From Octopus vulgaris (lineage: Eukaryota), in assembly GCA_951406725.2 (NCBI GenBank), contig OX597827.1, positions 40,052,001 through 40,116,000 on the forward strand: 64,000 nucleotides of DNA, read 5' to 3'. The position numbers and the translations under genes are program-made. Below the pieces are notes generated by a model, which saw only the letters and a list, made by a program, of their open reading frames with translations, searched no databases and was not told the origin of the DNA. Below are positions 1 to 12,275 of this stretch, piece by piece (the stretch's first letter is position 1; each line of letters starts with the position of its first letter).

Positions 1-223
1 TGGAATGAAGCATGCACACACACATGCGCAAGCATGTATGTATGTTTGTATATAGGTGCTGGTGTGGCTGTGAAGTAAGAAAACATTTCTTTTCAATCAT
101 ATGGCTCTGAGTCCAGTCCCACAGCATGGAACCTTGGTCAAGTGTCTTCTACTATACCCTCAGGCCAACCAAAGCCTTCTGAGTGTATTTTCCATGTGTG
201 TGTGGGGGGGGGGGGTATGTGTA

Positions 224-1505
224 CACCAGTTTGAGTCAAAAATTTGTTCATATTTCCACTGATTTTTAGCAACTTGTATTTCCAACTTATATCATTAATT
301 TGAAACAACTTGTTGACCAACCATTGATGCATTGTTTGTTCCTTATTTTCATATATGTCATATAAACATTATTCTTTATTTTAAATCTTTGATAATGAGT
401 GGGGAAAAACTAGAGTCATTTACATTACCTGTAGAAAAAAAAAAAACTAGAACAGCAACAAAATAAATTAATGATGTGGAAGGCCCAGGAACTGTCAAAC
501 ATGTGGCACAAAACTGGTTCAGACATTTCAAGGAAGGTGACACCAACCTCAAAGACAAACCAAAGTCAGGGAGACCGTCTGCTGTAGAAGAGAGGCCTTG
601 TCTGAAGTGGTTGAACAACAGCCAAACACAAGCACTCGTACATTGTCAGTAGAACTTGACCCTTCACAAAGCACCATCAATCAACACCTCCATAAGCTCA
701 GCCTTGTGAAAGAGGTGCTGTCGTGAAGCTTCCCATGAATTGACCAATGGCCAGGCTCAATGATGTGTGAACATTTGCAAACAACTGCTGGCAAATCCTC
801 GAGATGCCTGGTTTAGGTGTCAAACTGTAACTGGGGATGAAAAATCAATCTTTTTCTGTAATCCTAATATGAGGAATCAGTGGCTTTGTTTCATACAGGC
901 TTCAGAACCTGTTGTCAAACAAGAGCAGTTTGAACAAAAGGTCATGCCATGTGTTTGATGGAAATTTCTAGGAGTGTTTCACTTTGAGCTTGTCTCAAAT
1001 GGTCCATGTTGTGAATGGTAACCTTTATGCTCAACAACTGCATATACAATGCCTTGAAAGCCCACTGCTTATACAATGCCTTGAAAGCCCACTACCTAGC
1101 ATTGGTCAATCAAAACCAAGCACTCCTACAGCATGACAATGCCCCAGTACAAACTGCCAATTTGACCAAATGAAACTTAAGGAATTTGAGAGGCTGGAAG
1201 TGCTTTCTCATCCTATCAATAGTCCAGACCTTGCAATATCAGATTACCACTTTTCCCAAGTTGTGGCTCATTTCCAGCACAGACAGAATTTGAACAATGT
1301 GGACAAGGTTGAAGTGGGTTCAGGGAGTTTTTCCCTCTAAACTAGCCAAATGGTATAAGCATAGAATTGAGCTTCTGGCACAATGATAGCAATAGACAAT
1401 AGAATATGATGGGATATATTTTGACAAATAAATGCTTTCCATATGTAATTTGTTTGAACTATTAATTAAAGCTTTAAATACAAAAAAAAATTTTGACTCA
1501 ACCTG

Positions 1506-1508
<3 letters not shown>
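224..1508 (+). mobile_element. Full-length degenerate mariner (DD34D-type) DNA transposon, about 1.28 kb
   Basis: TIRs caccagtttgagtcaaaaattt (224-245) and aaaattttgactcaacctggtg (1487-1508), with TA on the left. Transposase motifs in broken frames: VTGDEK and KVMxCV (ORF 767-958), QHDNAP (~1128-1145), HPINSPDLAISDYHF (~1209-1253). Confidence 0.92.
350..1430 (+). pseudogene. Mariner transposase pseudogene with stops and frameshifts
   Basis: HTH-region remnant (WFRHFKEGDTNLKDKPKSGRPS, ~515-580), all three catalytic motifs in different frames, and C-terminal IEYDGIYFDK* ending ~1430. Confidence 0.85.
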
Positions 1509-1536
<28 letters not shown>

Positions 1537-2061
1537 GTAAATATTATCTTGTGCAATGTATCCGTCTCTTTTTAACATAATAGGATGTCATTTGAAAGAG
1601 ATTTGGCTGCTTTGTCTAAAAGATCGAATGACCCCGCTCCCCATATACAGACTTAGTAGTAGTAATAGTAGTAATAGCAGCAGCAGCAGCTGTCCATTTA
1701 GTAACTAAATCTTCTTTGATATATCTCTGAAAGCCATTGCAGTTAGTCAAATTAGTAACTTATCTGCTGAGAAACTGGTGAACTCACCTCCCCCCTACCA
1801 AACACACACACAGACGCTACATACACATGTACACTTGTAAGCACATGCATGAAAGCACACATACATATACACACACACACATGTACATGCACATTGATAT
1901 ACACACACACAGAGTAAAATATCTGTCAGTTTCCCCCTTTTCAGTATGAATTTACAATTCATGAATGTTTCCATCACACCACTACCACCACCTCCCACCA
2001 CAACCACCATTACCGGAACTCCACCGCCACCACTATCAAACTTATCAGCCCAAACGCTATC

Positions 2062-2380
2062 TGGCATTCCATTGATTACAACAATGAGAGTTCCCGGTTG
2101 ATCCGATCAATGGAACAGCCTGCTTGTGAAATTTAATGTGCAAGTGGCTGAGTACTTCACAGACACATGTACCCTTAATGTAGTTCTCAGGGAGATTCAG
2201 TGTGACACAGAAAGTGACAAGGCTGGCCCTTTGAAATACAGGTACAACTTATTTTTGTGAGCTAAGTGGACTGAAGCAATGTGAAATAAAGTGTCTTGCT
2301 CAAGGACACAGCATGCTGCTAGGAATTGAACTCACAGCCATGAACTGAATACCCTAACCATTAAGCCATGTGCCTTCACC
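2062..2380 (-). mobile_element. tRNA-derived SINE, family E
   Basis: Minus strand has A box (tggcttaatgg), B box (agttcaattcc) and a CORE-like gtgtccttgagcaagacact. Homologous copies at 3280-3795, 8033-8565 and 8610-8920. Confidence 0.85.
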
Positions 2381-2527
2381 CTAACACTAATACCACAATT
2401 GTTAACACTACTAGAACTCCCCGCACTTATACTGCTAACATCACCAAGAGAACAAGAAAACCCAAGCTAATGAAGGAATCTCTAAATCAGGCAAGGACAA
2501 TCTTTTTAAGAAATGTGGGCCACTTAC

Positions 2528-2558
2528 GACATGGCTCATCAACAAGTGCGTTGCACTA
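2528..2558 (-). other. Candidate micro-exon (31 or 28 nt, NAGNAG acceptor)
   Basis: Minus strand reads atttttctttAG|tAG|tgcaacgcacttgttgatgagccatgtc|GTAAGTg, in non-repetitive sequence that retains CpGs. Confidence 0.4.
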
Positions 2559-2832
2559 CTAAAGAAAAATTCAAGGTACCATTCAGAAAGTCCTGTGGGT
2601 TGCAGTTTGCCTGTGTCTATGCAAAATGCTTACACAACCTGCTAGTAATAGCAGCTGAATCTCCTTTCTGTCACCAATCCTCACCTGTTTCAATCACAGT
2701 AATATTTCCACATGGCTGGGTATGTTTTCATGAAAAATTGGATATGAATGATGCCACTTGAATGACAGTGATACTTGTCTATGACTATCACATGACCTTA
2801 AGACATGGAGGCACAAACATACACACATAATT

Positions 2833-2890
<58 letters not shown>

Positions 2891-3279
2891 GTATACAAAC
2901 ACACACACACATATTTAGAATGGGCTTCTTTCATTTTTTCATCAAGCACATCCACTCTCAAAGCTTTGGTCAGCCTGGAGCCATAGCAGAAGACACCTGC
3001 TCAAGATGCCATGTGATGGAACTGAACCTGAAATCACATGCTTGGGAAATGAGTTTCTTAACCACACAGTTACACCTGCAACTCTCCAAATGTACTACTT
3101 ACAAATTATTAGAAAATGAGGGAAGACAACAAGATTCAAATTAGGTTTTTGTTGATCTGCAGTGGAAAGCTCTACCAAGTTACATCAAAACACTCACATT
3201 ATCACCACAACTTATATAATCTTACAATACCACAACACATTACCACAACCAATATCTTAACACTACTGTGGCTTAGAAA

Positions 3280-3795
3280 GCTCATGGTTAAGTGGTTAGG
3301 GTATTCAGTTCATGAATGTAAGGTTGTGAGTTCGATTCCTTGTGGGGTGACATGTCCTTGAACAAAACACTTTGTTCAAGCCCACTTAACCCTTTCGTTA
3401 CCAGCCTGGCCAAAACAGGCTCTGTCTCTGAGTTCAAATGTCATACTTTCATAAGTTTTGAATTAAATTCTTCCACCAAACCTTAGTCACAATTTATGTT
3501 CCTAATACTAGCTTAGTGATAACTAAGTTATTTTACTAAATTCTTTGTTATATTTAAAGTAATTGAAAGAAGCACAGAGCATCTCATTATAAATACAGTA
3601 ACGAAAGGGTTAATTCACAAAAATGAGTTGTACCTGTATTTCAAAGGGCTAGTCATGTAACATTCTGTGTCACACTGAATCTCCCTGAGAACTACATTAA
3701 GGGTTTGTGTGTCTGTGGAGTACTCAACTACTTGCACATTAAATTCACAAGCAGGCTGTTCCATTGATCGGATCAACTGGAACTTTCAATGCCAG
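3280..3795 (+). mobile_element. tRNA-derived SINE, family E, interrupted by a TTAA MITE
   Basis: Reverse-complement match to 2062-2380; the SINE resumes after the insertion at 3386-3613. Confidence 0.85.
3386..3613 (+). mobile_element. piggyBac-type MITE, about 220 bp, copy 1
   Basis: TTAA TSD at 3386-3389 and 3610-3613; TIR ccctttcgttac/gtaacgaaaggg; near-identical to 7328-7556. Confidence 0.92.
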
Positions 3796-3904
3796 ATAGT
3801 GTTAGGGCTGATAACTTTGATGGTGGTGGTGGTATTAGCAGGCTGTTCTGTTCATTGGACCAACAGGAACCCTCATCATTGTAAGTGACAGAAGGTCAGT
3901 TTAC

Positions 3905-4130
3905 CATGACTTAGTGGTTAGGATGTTGGACTCATTATTGTGAGATTGTAGTTTCAATTCCTGGCCCAGGTAACATGTTGTGTTCTTGAGCAAAGCACTT
4001 CATTTCATGTTGCTCCAGTCCACTCAGCTGGTAAAAATGAGTAATCCTGCAACAGACTGACATCAAGTCCAAGGAAGAATATATAACCAAGAGAAACCAG
4101 AAAACCAACCCTATGCTCCTTACAGTGTAA
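3905..4130 (+). mobile_element. tRNA-derived SINE (family E-like head and core, different tail)
   Basis: A/B boxes followed by gtgttcttgagcaaagcacttcatttcatgttgctccagtccactcagctg. Related head at 26440-26570 on the minus strand. Confidence 0.7.
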
Positions 4131-4261
4131 TGGTGACTAACCACCAGCACCACACTACCAACAACACCACAACAATCATACATTACCATAACCATACCTA
4201 ATATTTTACACTACAACTCCATCATCAATACCACCGCTATTACTATGAGCTCTACTACAAC

Positions 4262-4505
4262 CAAACAGCTCAGACTGTTTGGTCATGTTGCGTGGTTTTC
4301 CAAGTTGGATCCTGAGTATTGCATTCTCATCTCCAAAGATCTGGTTGAGGTGATGGCCCATGCTGGAGGGCCACATGGTCACATGGAAGTATCTCGCTGA
4401 GATGGGGACTAACTGGGAAACTGCTCAGAGGGTCACCAGAACAACCCATGTAAACCCCTATAAATGGTGGATGCAATGGTGCATGCCCACCCCCACCCAT
4501 ACCCG
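4262..4505 (+). mobile_element. RTE-like LINE 3' remnant
   Basis: Translates QLRLFGHVAW, resembling the RLxWFGHVxR motif of the RTE ORF C-terminus. Confidence 0.55.
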
Positions 4506-5266
4506 ACCTGGCTACTACAGCTATGAACACCACCAACACTATAACAATTACACACACACACACACACATGCACACCTAATTCATTCTACCATATCATTGC
4601 AACTCTACCACATATACTACCACCAATACCATCACCATCATAATCATTGTCCTTATTGTATCATTCTTACATGAAACATCATTATTGCAACAACCACCTC
4701 TACCTTCTCATCCTCACCACTGCCACTGTCAGCATCGAAACCCATCACCACAGCTACCACCACCACCACTATCATCATCATTATCATCAACAGCAATGCC
4801 CCGCAACCACTGTAAGCCTTATCTGCAAACCACAGCACCTTCCCATCACCACCAACACCAGTGCCACTGTCATCATTATCGACAAACAACAACAACCACC
4901 ACCACCACCACCTAAGCCACCACCAACGGTACCACATCAACACACAGTCCCACCGCCATCTCTGCCATCACCTCACCAACACCACTGCTATCACCATACA
5001 CAGTATTTCCTATCCAATCTTTAAATGTCTCCTAGTCACCACCTTCTCCCTTCCTTCTTTTTTTTTTTCACTTCCGCAAGTGACAAGACCTCTGTTCCCC
5101 TCTGCATGTGTGCACATATTTGTGTGTGTGTGTGTACATTATATATACATACATACATACATACATACATACATACATGTTTGTATGTGTGTATGTATCT
5201 GAGTACAAAAGTATATGTGTAATTGCATGTGTATATATATACATACATACACACATATATACATTT

Positions 5267-5310
<44 letters not shown>

Positions 5311-5917
5311 TACATTATATTATATATACATATACATACATAACATACACACACATATGCACTTACACATGCGCACACGCACTGACAGACAAACATACAC
5401 TACACATCTTTTCCTTTTCTCTTAAATCAATGTAATGAAACCTGTGTGTGTGTGTGTGTATGTGTTATTATCATTCACTGAAACTTTATCACTGAATGAG
5501 CTACCACAACAGTCTGGGTTTTAGAAGGATGGATGGTAGAGTAGAAGGTATGTTATCAAGACTGCTGACATGAATGAATGAATGAAATAATGAATGAATG
5601 AAATAATGAATGAATGAAATAGTAAAAAAAAAAAAAAAAGACAAAAAGGAAGAAGGAAAGTAAGGGCAAAAATTATGCTTTTCATTCCCTGTATTTATCC
5701 TTTAGTCTCCAGTTAACTCAACAGCAACACAGAGAACCCATGTTGTGTTGTTTCTGTCTTGTCCTAGAAAACATCCCTTTTCTAGGACTAAACAGAAACA
5801 AAACAACAATAACAACAAACAACATCACTGTACCACTATTGTCTTCATCACTTTTACCAACACTATCATCCATTGGTGCCATCTCTTACAAAACGTTTCT
5901 TCCACATAATTCATAAC

Positions 5918-6169
5918 TATTGGGTTAGCGCATAATTATTGCAGCTTTTTTTCAACAAATTTTTATTCAATAAAAACAATAACATGTAACAAAAACATCT
6001 TTAAATGATTATTCCGGAGCATATTCACCATCTACTTTATTACTGCTAACCATTTGCTTGGCAGACGGTCAGACTGTCATTTAAAGATGCTTTTATTAAA
6101 TATTGTTATTGTTTTTGTTGAATAAAATTTGCTGAAAAAGAGCCCCAATACTTATGCACCAACCCAATA
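5918..6169. mobile_element. Mariner-derived palindromic MITE with ~90-bp inverted arms
   Basis: Ends tattgggttagcgcataa and ttatgcaccaacccaata, TA-flanked and Hsmar1/MADE-like. The spacer on the minus strand encodes a transposase C-terminus (DRLPSKWLAV..VDGEYAPE*). Confidence 0.85.
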
Positions 6170-7229
6170 TCTTAATTTCCAAAGTTAAGAGGTGGAGTTA
6201 GAAATCTTATTCTTTTTATTTTTTCTTTGTTTCTTTTACTAGTTTCAGTCATTAGACTACAGCCATACTAGGGTACTGCCTTGAAGAATTTTTTTTTTTT
6301 AACAAATCAACCCCTGTACCATTATATCAGCCTGGTACTTATTCTACTAGTCTCTTTTGCCAAGCCGTCAAGTTATAGTGACTGTATCTTAATTGGTTTA
6401 TGTGAGGTGTCTTAAAACTTTTGCACAGCCATTTTTGGTGGTCATCTCACATCTTCCTCTCTCATTCAGAACCCCTGCTACAAAATATAATGATTAGGTA
6501 TGGAAATGACTCCAACAAAGCCAATGTTTCATCTGTAAAAAACACAGTTTGAAACATCCACTTATAAGTTGGCAATTAGTAGAAATTTACAATAGTTAAA
6601 AGTGGTCGAAGGGTTTTACACACAAATCAAATAAGAGTACAGAAAGAACCAAGTCAACAGAACGCAGTACAAGTTTACTTTTTTGCTTTGTTTTTTTTCT
6701 CAGTGACTCTTTGTTTAATCCCCATATCAGTCATGACCAAGCAGACATCCAATATATTCATGCTGTGATCATCCCATTCAGAAGTATTAAGAGAGTACTG
6801 TGTAATCTGAGGAGATTTGGATATTTCTTGCAGCCAAGTAGAGGGACCCACTCCTGTCTCATGTAAGTGTGCATTTTCCAGAAATTGAACTCAGGCTGCC
6901 TGTATGAGACAAGCAAGATTTCTACCAGTGAACCATTACTGGTTTAGTCTAGAGGAAGGGGTTGTACCTTTGACCATCACAGACCCACCGAAACTGGTGA
7001 GATTGATTAGATTGGTGATAACTGCATGAAAAACATGAGCGGAGAAGAAATTCCAGAGGGACAATGCTCAATGGGGGAAGGATTAACTCAAAGTGATTAG
7101 TGTGAAACCTGGGAAATACAGCGGTGATGAGATGGGTGATGAGAGTAGAGATAAGTGAGTCAAGCAACATAGGTAGAGGTGGTATGAGGATATGGTTTGT
7201 GATAAGTTTTCTAGCTATTATTGTTACCT

Positions 7230-7669
7230 TTATCTTTTATCTGTTTCAGTCATTGGACCGTGACCAAGCTGGAGTACTGCTTGGAAGAAATTTTCAGTCA
7301 GATGAGTTGATCTCAGTACTTTATATTTTAACCCTTTCGTTACCAACCCGGCTGAAACCGGCTCTGGCTCTGTAGTACAAATGTCTTGTTTTCATAAGTT
7401 TTGAATTCAAATCTTCCACCAAACCTTAGTCACAATTTATGTTCCTAACACTAGCTGAATGATAACTAAGTTATTTTACTAAATTCTTTGTTATATTTAA
7501 ATTAATTGAAAGAAACACAGAACATCTCAAAATAAATACAGTAACAAAAGGGTTAAGCCTGGTACTTATTCTATTGGTCTCTCTTACCAAACTGCTAAGT
7601 TACAAGGACATAATCACACCAACACCAGTTGTCAAGTGGTTGAGGACAACCACAGACTATAATATACAA

Positions 7670-7709
<40 letters not shown>

Positions 7710-7825
7710 CAGGCTTCGTTCCATTTACATCTACCAATCCACTCACAAGTTCCAGGTTCAGTGGGACTGAACCTGGAGCCATGTGGTTGGGAAGCAAACT
7801 TCTTACTATACAGTCATGCCTGTGC
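7230..7825 (-). mobile_element. SINE family A, interrupted by a TTAA MITE
   Basis: Homology to the family A consensus (e.g. 53006-53432) on both sides of 7328-7556. Confidence 0.8.
7328..7556 (+). mobile_element. piggyBac-type MITE, copy 2
   Basis: TTAA at 7328-7331 and 7553-7556; ends ccctttcgttac...gtaacaaaaggg. Confidence 0.92.
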
Positions 7826-8032
7826 CTATCTTTGAAGAGGAAAGAATTTTTGTTTTTTAATATTGACATCTGTATCATGTTTCAGTTAGTTTGATCTCCA
7901 GTTGTCACCAGATCTATTTATATCTAGATACACACATGGTCCAAGACTGGAATTACACAAGGGAACTTAATTCTACTAAACTAATAACATTATTACCTGC
8001 TAGATTTATTACTTAGTTAAGTTACCTACTAA

Positions 8033-8565
8033 CTGGCATTCCATCAGCTATGACGATGAAGATTCCAGTTGATCCAATCAACGGAACAGCCTGCTCCTGA
8101 AATTAACATGCAAGGGGCTGAGTACTCCACAGAAGCATGTACCCTTAGCATAGTTCTCAGAGAGATTCAGCATGATGCAGAATGTGACAAAGCTCGCCCT
8201 TTGAAATACAGATACAAGGGGTACTGAAAAGTTCCTGTCTTGGGATGAAAGAAATTACAGAAGGATCAGTTCATTGTGATTTCATTCAACATATTCCCCT
8301 CTCAGATTCACACACTTATTGCAGCAGTCCTTCAGTTTTTCTAATCCCTGTAAAAGAACTCAGAAGGTTAGGCCTCCAACCAGGCTTTTCGCGATACCTT
8401 TAAAGTCAGAAACTTTCCAGCACCTCCTCATACTACTTACTTTTACCAACTGAAAGGACTGGAACAATGTGAAATACAGCATCTTACTCAACACACCACC
8501 AAGAATTGAACTCGTGTCCATATGAACATGAGCTGAATGCACTAACCACTAAACTATGCCTTCAC
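8033..8565 (-). mobile_element. SINE family E, interrupted by a TA MITE
   Basis: Matches 2062-2380 and is split at the TA of the consensus caggTAcaact. Confidence 0.85.
8213..8432. mobile_element. Tc1/mariner MITE
   Basis: TA TSD at 8213-8214 and 8431-8432; imperfect TIR caagggggtactgaaaagttcctg / cagaaactttccagcacctcctca. Confidence 0.85.
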
Positions 8566-8609
8566 TATTACCTACTAGGGAATTTATTAAATACTTATAA
8601 CAAGTTACG

Positions 8610-8920
8610 CTCCGTCAGTTATGACAATGGGAGTTCCTGTTGATTCAATCAATGAAAGAGCCTGCTCATGAAATTAACATGCAAGTGACTGAGCACTCTA
8701 CAGACATGCTTACACTTAATGTAGTTCTCAGGGAGATTCAGTACAACACAGAATGTGACAAAGCAGGCCATTTGAATTACAGGTATAACTCATTTTTGCC
8801 AGCTGAGTGAACTGGAGCAATATGAAATAAATAATTTGAAACACCACCAGGAATTGAACTTATGACTTAATGAACAGGATCCAAATATGCTAACCACTAA
8901 GCTAAGCCATGCCCCTTCAC
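8610..8920 (-). mobile_element. SINE family E, tandem second copy
   Basis: Matches 8033-8565 without the MITE. Confidence 0.85.
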
Positions 8921-9348
8921 TATTACCCTACTAGGCAATTTATTACATACTTATAAAACAAAGAATAAGACATCTAATGATGATTGAAGATTAAATTAGT
9001 CAGCTAGCATAAATATAAATATTGAAAATCTTTCCTCTCAAAAGATTAGCTTAATAGTCTGATAAATCACTGTATCATATTCTCCCTCTATAATCCACCA
9101 GCGTGATAGCACAAGCTGTGTTTATCACTACAAAAGCAGCAGAGAGGATCTCTTCTCAGATTATGAATCTTCTCTACCCTAAGTTATATTTCTTTCACTA
9201 TTTTATATCCAATTTTGCATACTTATAAACAAGTGTGAGGATAGATGAATAGTACGTCTCAGACCAATTGTTTTTACAGCTGAATGCTTTTTACACTACT
9301 AACATCTTGACTGAGAAGTAGGTGGGATTTTCTTGTTTTTATATTTTT

Positions 9349-9442
<94 letters not shown>

Positions 9443-9445
<3 letters not shown>

Positions 9446-9832
9446 GGTGCAATGGCCCGGTGGTTAAGGCAACAGACTCACGGTTACAGGATCGCGGTTT
9501 CGATTCCCAGAGGAGGCGTTGTGAGTGTTTATTGAGTGAAAACACGTAAGGCTCCATGAGGCTCCGGCGGGGGGGGGGGGCGATCCCTACTGTTGGTGTG
9601 TTTATGTCCCTATAACTTAGTGGTTCAGCAAAAGAGACCAATAGAATAAGTACTAGGCTTACAAAGAATATGTATTGAGTCCCACAAATTTCTCTCACTC
9701 TTTCTTCTGTTGGCCTGCTCGCTTAGCCAGCGGGGTGGCGTCATTTGAAGGCTAAAACAATGCAAAGCGCATTGTGACCAGCGATGTGTAGCAACATCTG
9801 ATAGCCTGGTCGGTCACGGTGATCATGGTGAT
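9443..9832 (+). mobile_element. tRNA-derived SINE family F with an internal family A fragment
   Basis: A box tggcccggtgg and B box ggtttcgattcc; same head at 35981-36165. The segment ~9590-9670 matches family A. Confidence 0.75.
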
Positions 9833-10282
9833 ATATTTATATATATATATATTACTTAATTTTTGTTTGTTTTGTTTTCCATCAGTCATATAAACTGGAA
9901 CAAGTTATGTGTGTTACTCAGGAACAATACTGGTAAGATGTGAACTTATGACCACATGGTCTGTAGTTGTCACATTAACCTCTTCTTTGATACATTTTAA
10001 AGTAATCTATTGTCTTTAGATTGCTGCTATCATTCCAGCTTCCTCACTTCTAGACATATGTAATGTTTTATAAATAGTTAATTATGTTATTCAGAGATAT
10101 CTTCTACTTTATTTCAAGAATCAATCATACAAGTCATCATTCACTGATAGAGTGTGTGTGTGTGTGTGTGTTGTCAGAGACCTCCTATATACTAAGGATA
10201 TGCTTTAAGCTCACACTCAGTAGAAGACATGCTGATGATAATGGGCTTCTCTCGTGCATGTATTGCACTGCATTTGGACTCA

Positions 10283-10628
10283 ATACTTATTCTTTGTAAG
10301 CCTAGTACTTATTCTATTGGTCCCTTTTGCTGAACCGCTAAGTTACAGACACACAAACACACCAGCATCGGCTGTCAAGTGATGGTGGGGAGATAACACA
10401 GACACACAAACACACACACACACACACACACACACATTATATATATATATATATACATATATATATGACAGGCTTCTTCCAGTTTCCGTTTACCAAATCC
10501 ACTCACAAGACTTTGGTCAGCTCGAGGCTGTAGTAGAACACACTTGCCCAAAGTGCTATGCACTGGGACTGAACCTGGAACCATATGCTTGGGAAGCAAG
10601 CTTCTTACAACATAGCCAATCCTGCACC
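10283..10628 (-). mobile_element. SINE family A
   Basis: Matches the family A consensus; another decayed copy follows at ~10640-11000. Confidence 0.85.
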
Positions 10629-11064
10629 TATCTTCTCATTCATTTTTTACTTGTTTCAGGCATTTATACTGTGGCCATGCTGAGGCACTGCCTTGAAGGA
10701 TTTTAGTCAAACAAATCAACAAACTTTTTTCTTTATCTTAAGCCTAGTACTTATTCTATCAAACTGTTTTGCTGAACAACTAAGTTACAGGGTTGTAAAC
10801 AAACCAACACTGGTTGTCAAGTGGTGGTGGGGAGACAAGCACAGACATACACAAACATAAATATATATATATATATACATGATGGGCTACTTTCTGTTTC
10901 TGTCTACCAAATCCATTCACAAGGCTTTGCTCAGCCCAAGGTACCACACAGCGGGACTGAACCCAGAACCAGATAGCTGGGAAGCAAACTTCTATTCTGG
11001 CCCCTTCTCTCATGCATTAACCATTTGTCTCCTACCATAAAGTGATCTTCCTTTCTACTGTAAC

Positions 11065-11533
11065 ATCACTCAGTACTGGTAGCATGAAATAAAAAACAAA
11101 GCACCCAGTATATACTGTGAAGTGATTGGCATTAGGAAGGTCATTCAGCCATAGCAATCATGCCAAAGCACAAGATCCACAAGATCCAATCAAACTGCCC
11201 AACACATGCCAGTATGGACCACAGTTGTTAAATGATGATTTGCTGTGCTCAAGAAGACCCATCCTGGTGAAGAAGATTAGCCTACAAAAGTCCCTTGCTG
11301 GTGCCATGTAAAAAGTACTCATGCAGGTGCCATGTAAAAGCACACGTATTGGTGCCATGCTAAAAGCACCCAGCACACACTATAAAGTGATTGGTTTTAA
11401 GAAGGGCATCCAGCTGTAGAAACCAAGCCAAATTAGACTGGAAGCTGGTGCAGCTCTCCAGCTTGCCAGCTCTGGTCAAGCTGTCCAACCTATGACAGCA
11501 TGGAAAACAGATGTCAAAGGGTGATGATGATGA
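11065..11533 (+). mobile_element. Two tandem copies of short retroposon family C, (GAT)n tail
   Basis: aaagcacccag...gtgattggcattaggaaggg...ccagcatgga...aaatgatgatg. Other copies near 19085, 20600(-), 21540, 30305, 32890, 35170, 38645, 43360, 48115. Confidence 0.8.
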
Positions 11534-11637
11534 TTTTACATATACCTATATATATGCATGTATATATACATATATATATGTAGGTATATACATATATATT
11601 TGTATATATGCATATGTATATATTATTTATATTATTA

Positions 11638-12275
11638 TATGATCAAGCGCCACGCATCCATTTCCAAGTAAGTTTTATCTTGATAATTCTGATGCACACT
11701 CTACAACTATCACTATTCTCCCTCTCTTATTCTTCTTTCTTTCTGTTTTCCTCTCCCACCTTTTCTCTAATTCTTCTCCTCCCCCCTTAACCGTTCTCTT
11801 TCTCTCACTCTCTCTCCCTCACTCTTCCTCCTTGACTCTCTCGTTGTTCACACATGACCAGTGGCTATCTTTCTTTCTTCCCCTTGCCTTACAAGAGACA
11901 AGACACACTTTTGCCTGTCTCCTGTCAAAGCTCATTTCTCCAGTGTTCACCACTTCACCTCATTATGGCTTAACAGCCCTTACCGTTTGTTTTTACTGTT
12001 TTGTTCTTACTGTCCTGTTTTTGTTACCACTTTAACCCTCTGCAAATCCTAAATTTCATTTAATTTGCTTTGCAGGGAACGACTGTTTTAACAAAGTCAC
12101 ATCTTGTCCCAACGTTCAAAATGCGGAGTAGATAAAATAGGGGACAACTGATGAAGGGATTCTTTATGTTGCCTGTCTCATTTCTCTGTTTCTTTCATTG
12201 TTCGAAAAAAGTTTGTTTTCCATGTTTTTGTTTTTTTATGTCCTCGTTTTTCATTTTGTTCACGTTTTTTTTATG
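11638..12275 (+). mobile_element. Probable Penelope-like terminal/non-coding remnant
   Basis: Pyrimidine-rich tract flanked by (TA)n, containing ctgatga at ~12147. Assignment rests on general resemblance only. Confidence 0.3.

Noticed and set aside
4360-5435. His/Pro/Thr-rich ORFs
   Set aside because: Degenerate (CAC/CAT)n and (CA/TA)n low-complexity sequence without splice or codon support.
12140-12210. Hammerhead at ctgatga...cgaaa
   Set aside because: I could not build convincing stems I, II or III around the core words.
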